The notes under the pieces were generated by a model. It was not told the DNA's origin. It was given only the letters and a program-made list of their open reading frames with translations, and did no database searches. A stretch of DNA of 64,000 bases from an uncultured bacterium (lineage in GTDB: Bacteria; Armatimonadota; JACIXR01), in contig CALITO010000003.1 of assembly GCA_938041455.1 (NCBI GenBank), positions 98,548 to 162,547 on the forward strand, given 5' to 3'. This document shows positions 8,020-16,955 of this stretch, piece by piece (position 1 is the first letter of the stretch; each line of letters begins with the position of its first letter). The position numbers and the translations under genes were made by a program.

Positions 8020-10221
8020 CTATATAGTCTTGTGAAACTTCCTAAAAGAGGAGAGGAAGCATAATAAGGTAAGGGATAGAAGGGAGATATAGAATCCCAG
8101 TTTGAAGGCGAAAGGGCGGAAGAGGAAGAGAAGACGGTGTTTCCCCGCTGGCACAGGGACGCTTCTAAAGATGTAATATGGAATTATCGCTTTCTCTTCT
8201 CCGTCCAGAAATGCTCGCCAGCCAGGGTAATAGGTATCGGTGAATAAAAAATAGCCTTCCTTTTCCCCCTCGATCTCAAACTCCACCCTATTTGGTGAGT
8301 AAGCCAGAAGCTTGGAGCTTCCTTGGGCCTGGAAAAATTGGTCAACAAAACTGAACCTTAAAGGGTTTCCCAAATAGAGATAAAGCTTTGTTTCCCCATC
8401 CCTGAGCAGTTTCAGATGGGAGGCATCTATATAGAAAGGAGAAAGGACGAACTTCACCCCCAAAATATCAAGGTTTTCCTTTCTCACAGAATTCGGCAAA
8501 AGCATATTACCGTTCTCTAACGGGGCGGTATTCTTACCTTCAAGGTTATCCAAAAAACTCTTGTAGGGAAGCAAAAAAAGGCTGTCATAGCCTCCTACAT
8601 TAAAAAGTTGATACACCATAGAAGTATTGGGGGGAAAACATGCGAGAGGATATCTATAAAGAGACCAGCGAGGAGTTATCGCCAATAACCTATAAAAACT
8701 TCCTTTGAGTTGCTCTACAAAAGGAAGGGGAGGGAAGAGCTTTTCAGGGGGGGAGAAATAGAGATGGCTGGAAGCAGTGGGGAAAAGGTCAAGAAGGAGA
8801 AGGGGGAGAAGGAGATAGGGAAGGAGTTTTTTTCGGAAAACGATGAATAGATAAAGGAAGAGAGGCAGGAGGAATAGTTTGAGGAAATCCATATAAGGGA
8901 AGGTGGGGGATACATCTCTTAAGATGGTGAATGGTTCCTCTCTTGGGGCTAAGGAGAAGAGGAGGAAGGGGAAAAGTATTATTGGGAAGAAGGTGGAGTG
9001 GAGGAAGCGGCGGGAAAAGGGTGTGCGGAGCAGGGTATCGAAACCTATTCCTGCTCCCGCAGATAGGCAAAGGACAAAGACGCTGATAAGACGAGCGGGG
9101 GAACCAGTTTGGCTCCAAGCAGGGAAAAGGAAATAAAAAGGGATGTTCAAGGGAGTGCCGAGTAAAAGAAGAAAGGAAAGCAGGGAGATGATTAGGAGGG
9201 GAAAGGCAAATTTCCTTTCCCCTCGCAAGGTGAAAGGCAGACAAAAAAGAGGTAAGATACCGAGATAGAGTGCGTATTCTATATATTCTCCCCTGCCCCA
9301 GTAGTTTCCCTTTGCGGGATTGCCGAAGAAGTTAGGCAGGAACAACCCTATAAGCCGTTCCAGTGGCAAAGAGAGGGAGATATAAGCGTTGTAGGATTGC
9401 CAACTGGTGCTTTCGGCTCTATGAGCAAAGCGGAAAAACTCAAACAAAGGGAGAAGGGCGAGGGAGGACAAAAGGAGCCCCATACCAGCTCCGAAAAGTG
9501 GGACAAAAGAACTGCCCAAGTAAACCCTCTTTTCCCAAGGGAGACGAAGCAGGAGGTAGATTATCAGTAGCCAAAGTGTATAAAGGAGGAATTGAGGGTG
9601 TCCCCCAAGGGCACTTAAACTGAGGGAGATTGCGCAGGTAAGGAAGGAATGCCAAAGTTTTTTCTCCAAAGCAAGTTCTACCCCGATTAGCGCGAGGGGA
9701 GCCCAAACGAAGGAGTTAGCCACGGTGGGTAAGGGTAGCCAAGCAGTGACGAAACTGCTGAGCATATAAGCGAGGGAGGCGAAAAGCGAGGCGTAGGCAG
9801 AAACCTTTATTTTTCTAAGGAAAAGATAAAGCAGAAAGCCAGCCAAGAACAAGTGGAAGAAAGAGTTGAAACCGAGAAACCTCTTTCCCAGAAGCGCGGT
9901 TAACCAATTAAATGGGTAGAAGATAGCGGATTGTCCGTTGGCGTAAAAGGGGGTGCCACAAAACTGATAAGGGTTCCAGAGGGGTAAGAACCCCCCTCGC
10001 AGGCTCTCGGCGAGAAAATTGCGCCAGGGATAAAACTGAGCGATGCTATCCCAAAGGAGAGGGTTCCATTGTATACCTTCCCGAGGGGAGCCAATCTCTG
10101 CCCACGGTTGAAAATGGAAAAGCATATCCGCGGGAGAGAAAATGTAGCCCAGAAAAACTCTCACCATCAAAAAGAACGCTACGAGAAGTAATAGAAGAGG
10201 GGGAAAAAGTTTTTTTAGCAT
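8020..10221 (-). CDS. YfhO-family polytopic membrane protein (putative glycosyltransferase)
   Basis: Multi-TM N-terminus with WxxYxFxGxPF-type motifs and a large C-terminal periplasmic domain. The start is placed at the internal Met (MLKKLF, 10221) because the further 48 nt of the ORF-track frame overlap the intergenic repeat. Confidence 0.65.
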   Translation of the reverse strand: MLKKLFPPLLLLLVAFFLMVRVFLGYIFSPADMLFHFQPWAEIGSPREGIQWNPLLWDSIAQFYPWRNFLAESLRGGFLPLWNPYQFCGTPFYANGQSAIFYPFNWLTALLGKRFLGFNSFFHLFLAGFLLYLFLRKIKVSAYASLFASLAYMLSSFVTAWLPLPTVANSFVWAPLALIGVELALEKKLWHSFLTCAISLSLSALGGHPQFLLYTLWLLIIYLLLRLPWEKRVYLGSSFVPLFGAGMGLLLSSLALLPLFEFFRFAHRAESTSWQSYNAYISLSLPLERLIGLFLPNFFGNPAKGNYWGRGEYIEYALYLGILPLFCLPFTLRGERKFAFPLLIISLLSFLLLLGTPLNIPFYFLFPAWSQTGSPARLISVFVLCLSAGAGIGFDTLLRTPFSRRFLHSTFFPIILFPFLLFSLAPREEPFTILRDVSPTFPYMDFLKLFLLPLFLYLFIVFRKKLLPYLLLPLLLLDLFPTASSHLYFSPPEKLFPPLPFVEQLKGSFYRLLAITPRWSLYRYPLACFPPNTSMVYQLFNVGGYDSLFLLPYKSFLDNLEGKNTAPLENGNMLLPNSVRKENLDILGVKFVLSPFYIDASHLKLLRDGETKLYLYLGNPLRFSFVDQFFQAQGSSKLLAYSPNRVEFEIEGEKEGYFLFTDTYYPGWRAFLDGEEKAIIPYYIFRSVPVPAGKHRLLFLFRPFAFKLGFYISLLSLTLLCFLSSFRKFHKTI

Positions 10222-10225
10222 ATTC

Positions 10226-10460
10226 AAAATTTTGGGTTTTGTTGAATAAAGGGAAAAGGAAAACAACATTCTCCTCCTCAGCGGTTTCCTCCCTTTCCTT
10301 TGGAATAAATAGCTTTACGAAAAGCGAAAAGAAACCATCTTTTATTAGCCATTTAACTTGAGAATCTCCTTCTAAAAATTTCTAAATGCTATATTTCTAC
10401 AAACTTCGTCATCCCTTCAAGGTGGAAGTTGAACGTTCTTTGAATTATTCAACAAAACTA
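10226..10460. repeat. intergenic repeat, copy 1 (about 85% identical to 31601..31840, same orientation)
   Basis: Direct read-off alignment with copy 2. Shared blocks include GGAAAC...GTTTCC (a 5-6 bp hairpin), TTATTAGCCATTTAACTTGA(G/C)A and AACGTTCTTTGAATTATTCAAC. Confidence 0.8.
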
Positions 10461-10472
10461 ACTTTGAAAAGA

Positions 10473-10838
10473 TCAACTGCGGGAGACGAATATCACTCCC
10501 CAACAGATAAGAAATACTCCCAGGACGCGGTATATATTCAGTGTGTCTTGAAATATGAGCCGGGATAAGATGGCGATGAAGGCGAAATTGAGACTTATAA
10601 AGGGGTATACGAAGGAAAGTTGAGCCTGGGAAATTGCCAAAATCCAAAATAAACTTGATACCGCATAGGCGAATAAGCCGAGTAGAACCCAAGGATTGAA
10701 AAAAGCACGGAGGAACTGCAAGTTAAACCCCGCTAATTTACCTTCTTGGTTTACTCCCCATTTCAAACTTACTTGCCCCGCTACGCCCAAAAAGAGGGCG
10801 AGGGATAAAGATAACCAGAAAGGAATTCCTTTGCTCAT
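10473..10838 (-). CDS. small 4-TM DMT/SMR-like membrane protein (ArnE/EamA-like)
   Basis: 121 aa with four predicted hydrophobic helices, adjacent to the YfhO-like glycosyltransferase. Confidence 0.45.
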   Translation of the reverse strand: MSKGIPFWLSLSLALFLGVAGQVSLKWGVNQEGKLAGFNLQFLRAFFNPWVLLGLFAYAVSSLFWILAISQAQLSFVYPFISLNFAFIAILSRLIFQDTLNIYRVLGVFLICWGVIFVSRS

Positions 10839-10855
10839 CCGAATCTCTCCTTTCT

Positions 10856-11338
10856 TTAATAGAAACTCCTCATTCTCTTTAGAGGCCAGATAATAGCCAC
10901 TGCTACGCCCTTCACTAATTCTTTCTTTACTGGTCCATAATCGGATGAATCCTCGCTTTGGTTCCTATTATCGCCCAGCACAAAAATGTAGCCAGGGGGA
11001 ACATAAACAGGTGGCAAGACATAAATTGGGGGTTCTTTAATGTATGGTTCGTATAATGGCTGGCCATCGACGATTACAACGCCTCTATAAACAGCTACCC
11101 AATTTCCACCCTTTGCTATAACCCTTTTTATGACGGTTTCGCCCTTATATCTTGGATCGGGATCGTTCATCACTACTATCTCGCCTATCCTTATTTCACT
11201 ATTTGGCCCAACTCGTTGAACAAGTAGCCTATCGCCTGGCAAGAGGGTAGGCTCCATAGAGCCTAAAGTAACCACCGCGGTAAAGAATACATATTTCCTT
11301 ATCAAAAGCCCTCCCATAACCCCTATAACCACCGCCAC
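10856..11338 (-). CDS. lepB: signal peptidase I (S26)
   Basis: Carries the SMEPTL box (catalytic Ser), GDRLLV, VIAKGG and GDNRNQSxDS boxes. Confidence 0.8.
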   Translation of the reverse strand: MAVVIGVMGGLLIRKYVFFTAVVTLGSMEPTLLPGDRLLVQRVGPNSEIRIGEIVVMNDPDPRYKGETVIKRVIAKGGNWVAVYRGVVIVDGQPLYEPYIKEPPIYVLPPVYVPPGYIFVLGDNRNQSEDSSDYGPVKKELVKGVAVAIIWPLKRMRSFY

Positions 11339-11433
11339 AAGGAGTAGCCATCGTTTTCCCTTCTTTTTCCCCTTCTCCTCTCGGGGGGCTACCTGGATTT
11401 CCCCAACCTCCTTTTCATAAAAAGTGAGATGTC

Positions 11434-12294
11434 TTATCTCAACCCTTGGGAATAAGCCATTGCCCGCAGTCTCTCTATCCTTTCCTCAATGGGAGGATGA
11501 GTGGAAAAGAGGCGGGCGAGGAACTCCCCTCCTCTCAGGGGATTCACGATGAAAAGATGGGCTGTGTTTTCATAGGCCGGTAAGGGCAGGGAACGGGATG
11601 CGAGTTGCAGTTTCTGAAGGGCGCTGGCAAGATAGAGGGGATTACCCGCTATATTAGCTCCTCCCTCATCGGCTGCGTATTCTCGAGAACGAGATATTGC
11701 CATCTGTATCATTACGGCGGCAAGGGGAGCAAGTATAGCAAGAAGGATCAAACCAACCATTTGAAAGATGTTTCCCTCTCGGTCGCTGCTACCCATTGGT
11801 GCGAAGAAGAAAATTAAACGGGCGAGGAACATAATAGCCCCCGCCAAAGTAGCCGCTATCACAGCGATGAGGGTATCTCTATGCTTTATATGGGAGATCT
11901 CGTGAGCCAAAACCCCTTTCAATTCCTGGGGAGTAAGAATTTTGAGGATGCCTGCGGTTACCGCTATGGCGGCGTGCTGGGGATCCCGCCCAGTAGCGAA
12001 AGCATTGGGTGAATGGTGAGGTATGATATACACCCTTGGGATAGGAATACCAGCATTGGCGGAGAGTTCCTCTACCATTGGATAAAGAAATTGTCCCTCC
12101 GCGTCCGAAGGGGAAACCTCTTGCGCTCCATACATAGATAGAACTATCTTATCCGAGTAGTAATAGGCGAGGAAATTCATCATCCCAGCGAAAACGAGGG
12201 ATGCAAACATCCCCTCCCTACCCCAGAAGCTCCCTATGCCCAGGAAAAGTAAGGTGAGAAAAAGCATTAACAGAAATGTCTTCATAGTATTCAT
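11434..12294 (-). CDS. htpX: zinc metalloprotease HtpX (M48)
   Basis: Has an [10 protein letters not shown] HExxH motif and 4 TM segments. Start ATG 12294 is preceded by AAAGGAGGTG, whereas the longer ORF-track start has no ribosome-binding site. Confidence 0.85.
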   Translation of the reverse strand: MNTMKTFLLMLFLTLLFLGIGSFWGREGMFASLVFAGMMNFLAYYYSDKIVLSMYGAQEVSPSDAEGQFLYPMVEELSANAGIPIPRVYIIPHHSPNAFATGRDPQHAAIAVTAGILKILTPQELKGVLAHEISHIKHRDTLIAVIAATLAGAIMFLARLIFFFAPMGSSDREGNIFQMVGLILLAILAPLAAVMIQMAISRSREYAADEGGANIAGNPLYLASALQKLQLASRSLPLPAYENTAHLFIVNPLRGGEFLARLFSTHPPIEERIERLRAMAYSQGLR

Positions 12295-12404
12295 AACGAC
12301 ACCTCCTTTAAAAATTATACAAAGGCCAAGAAATCTTGGCAACTCTATGTATAATTCCCAAGGGGATAGATTGCCCCCTTGACTAATTATGCAACAATAC
12401 CTCT

Positions 12405-12433
12405 TTGCCTTTATTTAAGGAGCTAATTATAAT
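12405..12433 (+). promoter_or_regulatory. candidate sigma70-type promoter for lysA
   Basis: TTGCCT (12405-12410), a 17-nt spacer and TATAAT (12428-12433). An AGGTGA site lies 7 nt before TTG 12469. Confidence 0.35.
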
Positions 12434-12468
12434 ATTAGAAAGTTAATGTTTCAGCGAGGTGAGAAGTT

Positions 12469-13803
12469 TTGCTTTTCGGAACCCAGAGAGTAAACGGAGC
12501 AGGTCATTTGGAAATTGGTGGTTGCGACACGGTTAAGTTGGTGGAGGAGTTCGGCACCCCCCTTTATGTCCTTGATGAACAACAAATAAGGGAGAATTGT
12601 CGGAGATATTTGAGTGCTTTGAAAAGTTATTATAAAGGAGAGAGCCAAGTAGTTTATGCAGGCAAGGCTCTCCTCACTATGGGTGTGTGCAGGATAATAG
12701 AGCAGGAGGGTCTATGGCTTGATGTTTCCTCCGGAGGTGAACTATACACCGCTTTAAAGGCGGATTTCCCTCCCCAGAGGATATTGATGCATGGAAACAA
12801 TAAATCCCTAGAGGAACTCTCCCTTGCCTTGGAAAGCGGGGTAGGGAGGATAGTGGTGGATAATCTATATGAATTGGAATTGCTGGACAAACTTTGCAGG
12901 GAGAAGGGACAAACAGCGAGAATCCTTATCCGAGTGACACCCGGTATAGACCCGCACACTCATAGGTTCATAGAGGCAGGGCAAGTGGATACTAAATTTG
13001 GCTTGAATATAAAAAATGGGGATGCTATGGAGGGAATTCGCAGAGCCCTCGCTATGGAAGGAATCCAGTTCCTGGGGGTGCATTGCCATATTGGTTCTCA
13101 ACTATTAAGAATCGGCCCTCTCCTTAAAGCGGCGAGAGTTATGGTCGAGTTCTTAAGAGAGGTTAAAGAAAGTTTGGGTATAGAACTGAAGGAATTGGAC
13201 CTTGGGGGTGGCCTGGGTATAAGGTATCTTCCTTCTCATAATCCTCCAACAATTGAGGAGTTCGTGCGCAGATTGGGTTCCACCTTGGAAAAATCCCTGA
13301 AAGAGAACGGACTTTCCCGTCCTTTTCTTTTCCTGGAACCTGGGCGCTCCATTGTAGGGGAAGCTGGTATTACTTTATATAGGGTGGGTGCTATAAAGGA
13401 AGTCACATTCAACAAAAATGGAAAACCCTTTAAGAAAATATACGCGATGATAGACGGTGGTATGTCGGACAATCCCCGTCCCCTACTCTATAATGCCAAA
13501 TACCATGCTGTAGTAGCTAACAAGGCTGGTTTAAAGGGGGAGATACACTACACCATAGCAGGGAAGCATTGTGAAACCGATGTTCTCATCTGGGATGTTC
13601 TCCTCCCTCCTCTTGAGCCGGGGGATATATTGGCTGTGCAGTCAACGGGTGCCTACACCTATTCTATGGCGAGCAACTACAACAGGCTTCCCCGCCCTGC
13701 CGCTGTGTTGGTGCGAGAGGGTAGAGCGGAGTTGTTTGTTAAACGGGAGAGTTATGAAGACCTCGTCAGGGCGGATATAATACCGCCGCATCTCTCAAAA
13801 TAG
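12469..13803 (+). CDS. lysA: diaminopimelate decarboxylase LysA
   Basis: Fold-III PLP decarboxylase with FGTPLYV near the N-terminus, a YAGKAL PLP-lysine region and a GGGLGI motif. Confidence 0.9.
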   Translation: MLFGTQRVNGAGHLEIGGCDTVKLVEEFGTPLYVLDEQQIRENCRRYLSALKSYYKGESQVVYAGKALLTMGVCRIIEQEGLWLDVSSGGELYTALKADFPPQRILMHGNNKSLEELSLALESGVGRIVVDNLYELELLDKLCREKGQTARILIRVTPGIDPHTHRFIEAGQVDTKFGLNIKNGDAMEGIRRALAMEGIQFLGVHCHIGSQLLRIGPLLKAARVMVEFLREVKESLGIELKELDLGGGLGIRYLPSHNPPTIEEFVRRLGSTLEKSLKENGLSRPFLFLEPGRSIVGEAGITLYRVGAIKEVTFNKNGKPFKKIYAMIDGGMSDNPRPLLYNAKYHAVVANKAGLKGEIHYTIAGKHCETDVLIWDVLLPPLEPGDILAVQSTGAYTYSMASNYNRLPRPAAVLVREGRAELFVKRESYEDLVRADIIPPHLSK

Positions 13804-13804
13804 A

Positions 13805-16342
13805 ATGGAGATAATACTCACTCATAAAGCGCCCGACGCAGACGCTCTTGCCTCTCTCCTGGGCGCATATCTTCTCTTCCCCAACTCCTTACCCCTTCGT
13901 CCAGAAGGGGCTCCTTACCCTAAACAACTTTTTTCCCTATTCGGCGATGTCCTGCCTCTTTACTTTCCAGAGGAAATCGCTTGGGGAAAGGTTGAGGGTG
14001 TTACCCTTGTGGATTGCTCCTCTTTGGAAAGGGTGGGGAATGTGGGCGAGGAGATAAGAAGGCGAGGAATTCCTTTAACAGTAATAGATCATCATTTAGA
14101 GACAAGGGGAGAAATAAATGTTCAGCGTAGTTTGGTCAAACCCTACGGCTCCGCTACCACAATCCTGGTAAGGATGATGAGGGAAAAGGGGATTTTGCCT
14201 TCTTCCTGGCAGGCTACGCTTTTGGCCTTGGGTGTATATTCGGATACAGGCTCATTAACCTACTCTTCAACAACTGAAGAAGACCTTCAAGCTGCCGCCT
14301 TCCTTGTTTCTTGTGGAGCGAATTTAGCTTACATTGCTTCCCTTCTCCATCCTCCCCTTTCGGAAGAAGAGAGGTCTCTTCTTGAGGAGATGAGGGATAG
14401 TTTACAAATCGAGGATGTAAAGGGGGTAAAAGTAGGCATAGGAAAAGCGACAAGGGAAGAGATGGACTTCAATCTCGCTCCCCTAGCGGAGTCATTGATG
14501 CAAGGGGAAAATGTAGATGCTCTTTTTCTTCTCCTCGAGGTAAAAGGTAAGACATACATCGTTGGTAGGAGTAGGGGAGAGATGTTCGAAGTTAAGGGGA
14601 TATTGAGTAGGTTAGGGGGAGGTGGACACAAGAACGCAGGTGCGGGGGTTATGCCTTGTTCTGTTGAGGAGACTAAGGAGCGGCTTCTATTCCTCTTGCC
14701 CCAGGGTGTGAAATGGGAGGTGGAAGCGGGGGACATAATGTCCTCTCCTGTAAAGGTTGTGTCCGCTAATGCTTGTGTGAAAGAAGCGCTGGAGGTTATG
14801 CGTTCTTTCGGCTTCAGCGGGCTACCTATTAACGAGAAAGGGAGAATAATCGGTGTAATAACCCGCAAGGAAGCGGAGAAATTGGCAAAATATGGAATGG
14901 GCAACCGGGAATTAGGAACCTTTGCTTATAGGGAACCAATTTCCGTGCATCCCCGAACAACCCTATCCCAGATTATAAAAGAGATGAACGAGAAAGGGGT
15001 TGGACGCTTATTAGTTATGGAAAGGGGAAAACTCGTCGGTATAATAACCCGCCAGGATATAATAGGTGCTTTATATGGTCAGAGATTGAAGGAAAGGAGG
15101 GGGGAGCAAATCATAGAGAATATAGAACCTAATTTAAAGGGGATACTTTGTAGAATAGGCGAGGTTGCTGCCTCTTTAGGAATGAGGTCTTATTTGGTAG
15201 GAGGGGTGGTGAGGGACATCATATTGGGCAAGGAGGTAAGTGACTTTGACATCCTGGTGGAAGGTAAGGCAATAGAGCTCGCTGAAAAAGTAGTAAAAGA
15301 GATGAATGGTGAGTTGGTATCTCACCAACGCTTTGGGACAGCCACGGTTAAGCTAGCCAGTGGTTTAGAAATAGACTTCGCTTCCGCAAGGCGGGAGTTC
15401 TACGAAAGGGCAGCGGTTCTGCCTATTGTGGAACCTGGTTCCCTAAGGGAAGACCTTTTTAGGAGGGATTTCACTATAAACGCGCTCGCCCTATCCCTAC
15501 ATCCCCAAGAATTCGGTTTCCTTATAGACTATTTCGGAGGATTAGACGACCTGAGAAACAAAAGGATAAAAGCCCTCCACAGTTTAAGTTTTTGGGAAGA
15601 TCCTACCCGCATACTGCGGGCTATAAGATTGGAGGCTAAGCTGGGCTTTAAAATGGAGAGATGGACAGAGGGGTTGGCAATAGACGCTATAAAAAGTGGA
15701 GCCCTTGCCCCCCTTTCGGGAGAGCGTCTGCGAGAGGAACTAAAATTGACGCTCGAGGAAAATCCCCTCGCTTGCTTGAGGAGAATGGAGGAGTTAGGGA
15801 TTATAAAAGCGATTCATCCCAAGGGAGAATTAGATAAGAAACTTCTGAGAAAACTGGTGAAAGAGTCCCTTGATAACTTAGAGGTGGAAAGATGGATTAT
15901 CTATCTCTATCCTCTTCTTAGCCAGTTGGATGAAGGGGAGATAAGGAGGGTCACCTATAGGCTGAGGTTAACTTCTTCCCAAAGGGAAAAATGTCTTGCC
16001 CTAATTTATGGGGAGGAGGCGAGGAAAAAACTCCAAGCCCCGAGAATGAAGCGAAGCCAAATTTATGAAGTTCTAAAGGGGATCCCTTTGGAAACAATAG
16101 TTTGGATAGGAGCAAAGGGAGACAGGAAAGTGAAAAAGAGAGTTTCCCTCTTTTTAGAGGAGCTTCGCCACATAAATCTTGCCCTCAAGGGCGAAGATTT
16201 AATACAATTGGGCATTGCGGAAGGACCTCAAATGGGCAAAATCCTACAGGAACTCTTCCAGGCGAAATTGGATGGTAAGGTGAAAAGCAGGGAAGAGGAG
16301 ATAAATTTCGTGCTTAAGAAAAAGGAGGGAAAGTTTGGCTGA
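13805..16342 (+). CDS. cca: DHH-DHHA1-CBS pair fused to tRNA nucleotidyltransferase / poly(A) polymerase head (CCA-adding enzyme family)
   Basis: The N-terminus has the HKAPDADAL DHH motif I and a GGGGHKNAGAG DHHA1 motif. Two CBS domains follow. Then come GGVVRDIILGKEVSDFDILVEG and RRDFTINALA nucleotidyltransferase motifs. Confidence 0.8.
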   Translation: MEIILTHKAPDADALASLLGAYLLFPNSLPLRPEGAPYPKQLFSLFGDVLPLYFPEEIAWGKVEGVTLVDCSSLERVGNVGEEIRRRGIPLTVIDHHLETRGEINVQRSLVKPYGSATTILVRMMREKGILPSSWQATLLALGVYSDTGSLTYSSTTEEDLQAAAFLVSCGANLAYIASLLHPPLSEEERSLLEEMRDSLQIEDVKGVKVGIGKATREEMDFNLAPLAESLMQGENVDALFLLLEVKGKTYIVGRSRGEMFEVKGILSRLGGGGHKNAGAGVMPCSVEETKERLLFLLPQGVKWEVEAGDIMSSPVKVVSANACVKEALEVMRSFGFSGLPINEKGRIIGVITRKEAEKLAKYGMGNRELGTFAYREPISVHPRTTLSQIIKEMNEKGVGRLLVMERGKLVGIITRQDIIGALYGQRLKERRGEQIIENIEPNLKGILCRIGEVAASLGMRSYLVGGVVRDIILGKEVSDFDILVEGKAIELAEKVVKEMNGELVSHQRFGTATVKLASGLEIDFASARREFYERAAVLPIVEPGSLREDLFRRDFTINALALSLHPQEFGFLIDYFGGLDDLRNKRIKALHSLSFWEDPTRILRAIRLEAKLGFKMERWTEGLAIDAIKSGALAPLSGERLREELKLTLEENPLACLRRMEELGIIKAIHPKGELDKKLLRKLVKESLDNLEVERWIIYLYPLLSQLDEGEIRRVTYRLRLTSSQREKCLALIYGEEARKKLQAPRMKRSQIYEVLKGIPLETIVWIGAKGDRKVKKRVSLFLEELRHINLALKGEDLIQLGIAEGPQMGKILQELFQAKLDGKVKSREEEINFVLKKKEGKFG

Positions 16343-16937
16343 TAGGCTGTTGTATATTCTTATAAGTGCTCCCTTTTTCATTTTGGGGATAGTGCTCCAT
16401 GAATATGCCCATGGGTGGGTAGCTTGGAAATTGGGGGACCCAACTGCGAGATACTCAGGTAGGCTCACACTCGACCCCAGAGCACATTTTGACCCTGTAG
16501 GGGGAATGATGTTCCTTATATCGGCGCTATTTGGGATAGGCTTCGGCTGGGCGAAACCAGTTCCTGTGAACTATTATAACCTCTATAATCCCAGAAGGGA
16601 TGTAATTCTTGTTTCTTTAGCTGGGCCAGGTGCTAATATCCTCTTGGCTTTTGGCTGTCTTTTGCTCTATCATTTTCTTTCTCCCTTTTTGGATGTTATT
16701 GCTTCCTTTTTTGCTATGGGATTCGTTCTGAACCTTTTCCTTGCCTTCTTCAACCTCCTACCCGTTCCTCCCCTTGATGGTTCAAAGGTCTTGATGGCTG
16801 CCCTTCCGCCCCGCTATGCCTACGCTTACGCTGGACTGGAAATGTATGGTTTCCTCATCCTACTCCTCTTCATTCTTAGTCCCGCCTTCTCTATTATAGT
16901 GCAATGGTTCACCAGGCTTACCAGATTTTTCCTTTGA
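16335..16937 (+). CDS. site-2 protease family (M50) membrane metalloprotease
   Basis: Has HEYAHG (HExxH) in TM1 and LLPVPPLDGSKV (the LDG motif). Polytopic. Confidence 0.7.
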   Translation: MADRLLYILISAPFFILGIVLHEYAHGWVAWKLGDPTARYSGRLTLDPRAHFDPVGGMMFLISALFGIGFGWAKPVPVNYYNLYNPRRDVILVSLAGPGANILLAFGCLLLYHFLSPFLDVIASFFAMGFVLNLFLAFFNLLPVPPLDGSKVLMAALPPRYAYAYAGLEMYGFLILLLFILSPAFSIIVQWFTRLTRFFL

Positions 16938-16955
16938 TTAGGAGCCAAGATTAAT

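Noticed and set aside
8700-9260. Purine-rich low-complexity run (GGAAGAGGAAG...) that looks repeat-like on the plus strand.
   Set aside because: It is the reverse complement of Leu/Phe/Pro-rich transmembrane coding sequence of the YfhO-like gene, so it reflects compositional bias and not a tandem repeat or CRISPR.
10386-10568. A 60-aa ORF (a 27-aa version starts near 31763 in copy 2) beginning inside both copies of the intergenic repeat, with an almost identical N-terminus (MLYFYKL... versus MLHFYKL...).
   Set aside because: Differences between the two copies are mostly non-synonymous (about 7 non-synonymous versus 3 synonymous), the two ORFs differ in length (60 versus 27 aa), and there is no ribosome-binding site. 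The conservation is better explained at the DNA or RNA level than as a peptide.
12343-12468. Possible lysine riboswitch (L-box) upstream of lysA.
   Set aside because: The intergenic region is only about 125 nt and AT-rich, too short for the roughly 180-nt five-helix L-box. A plain promoter (TTGCCT-N17-TATAAT) explains it.
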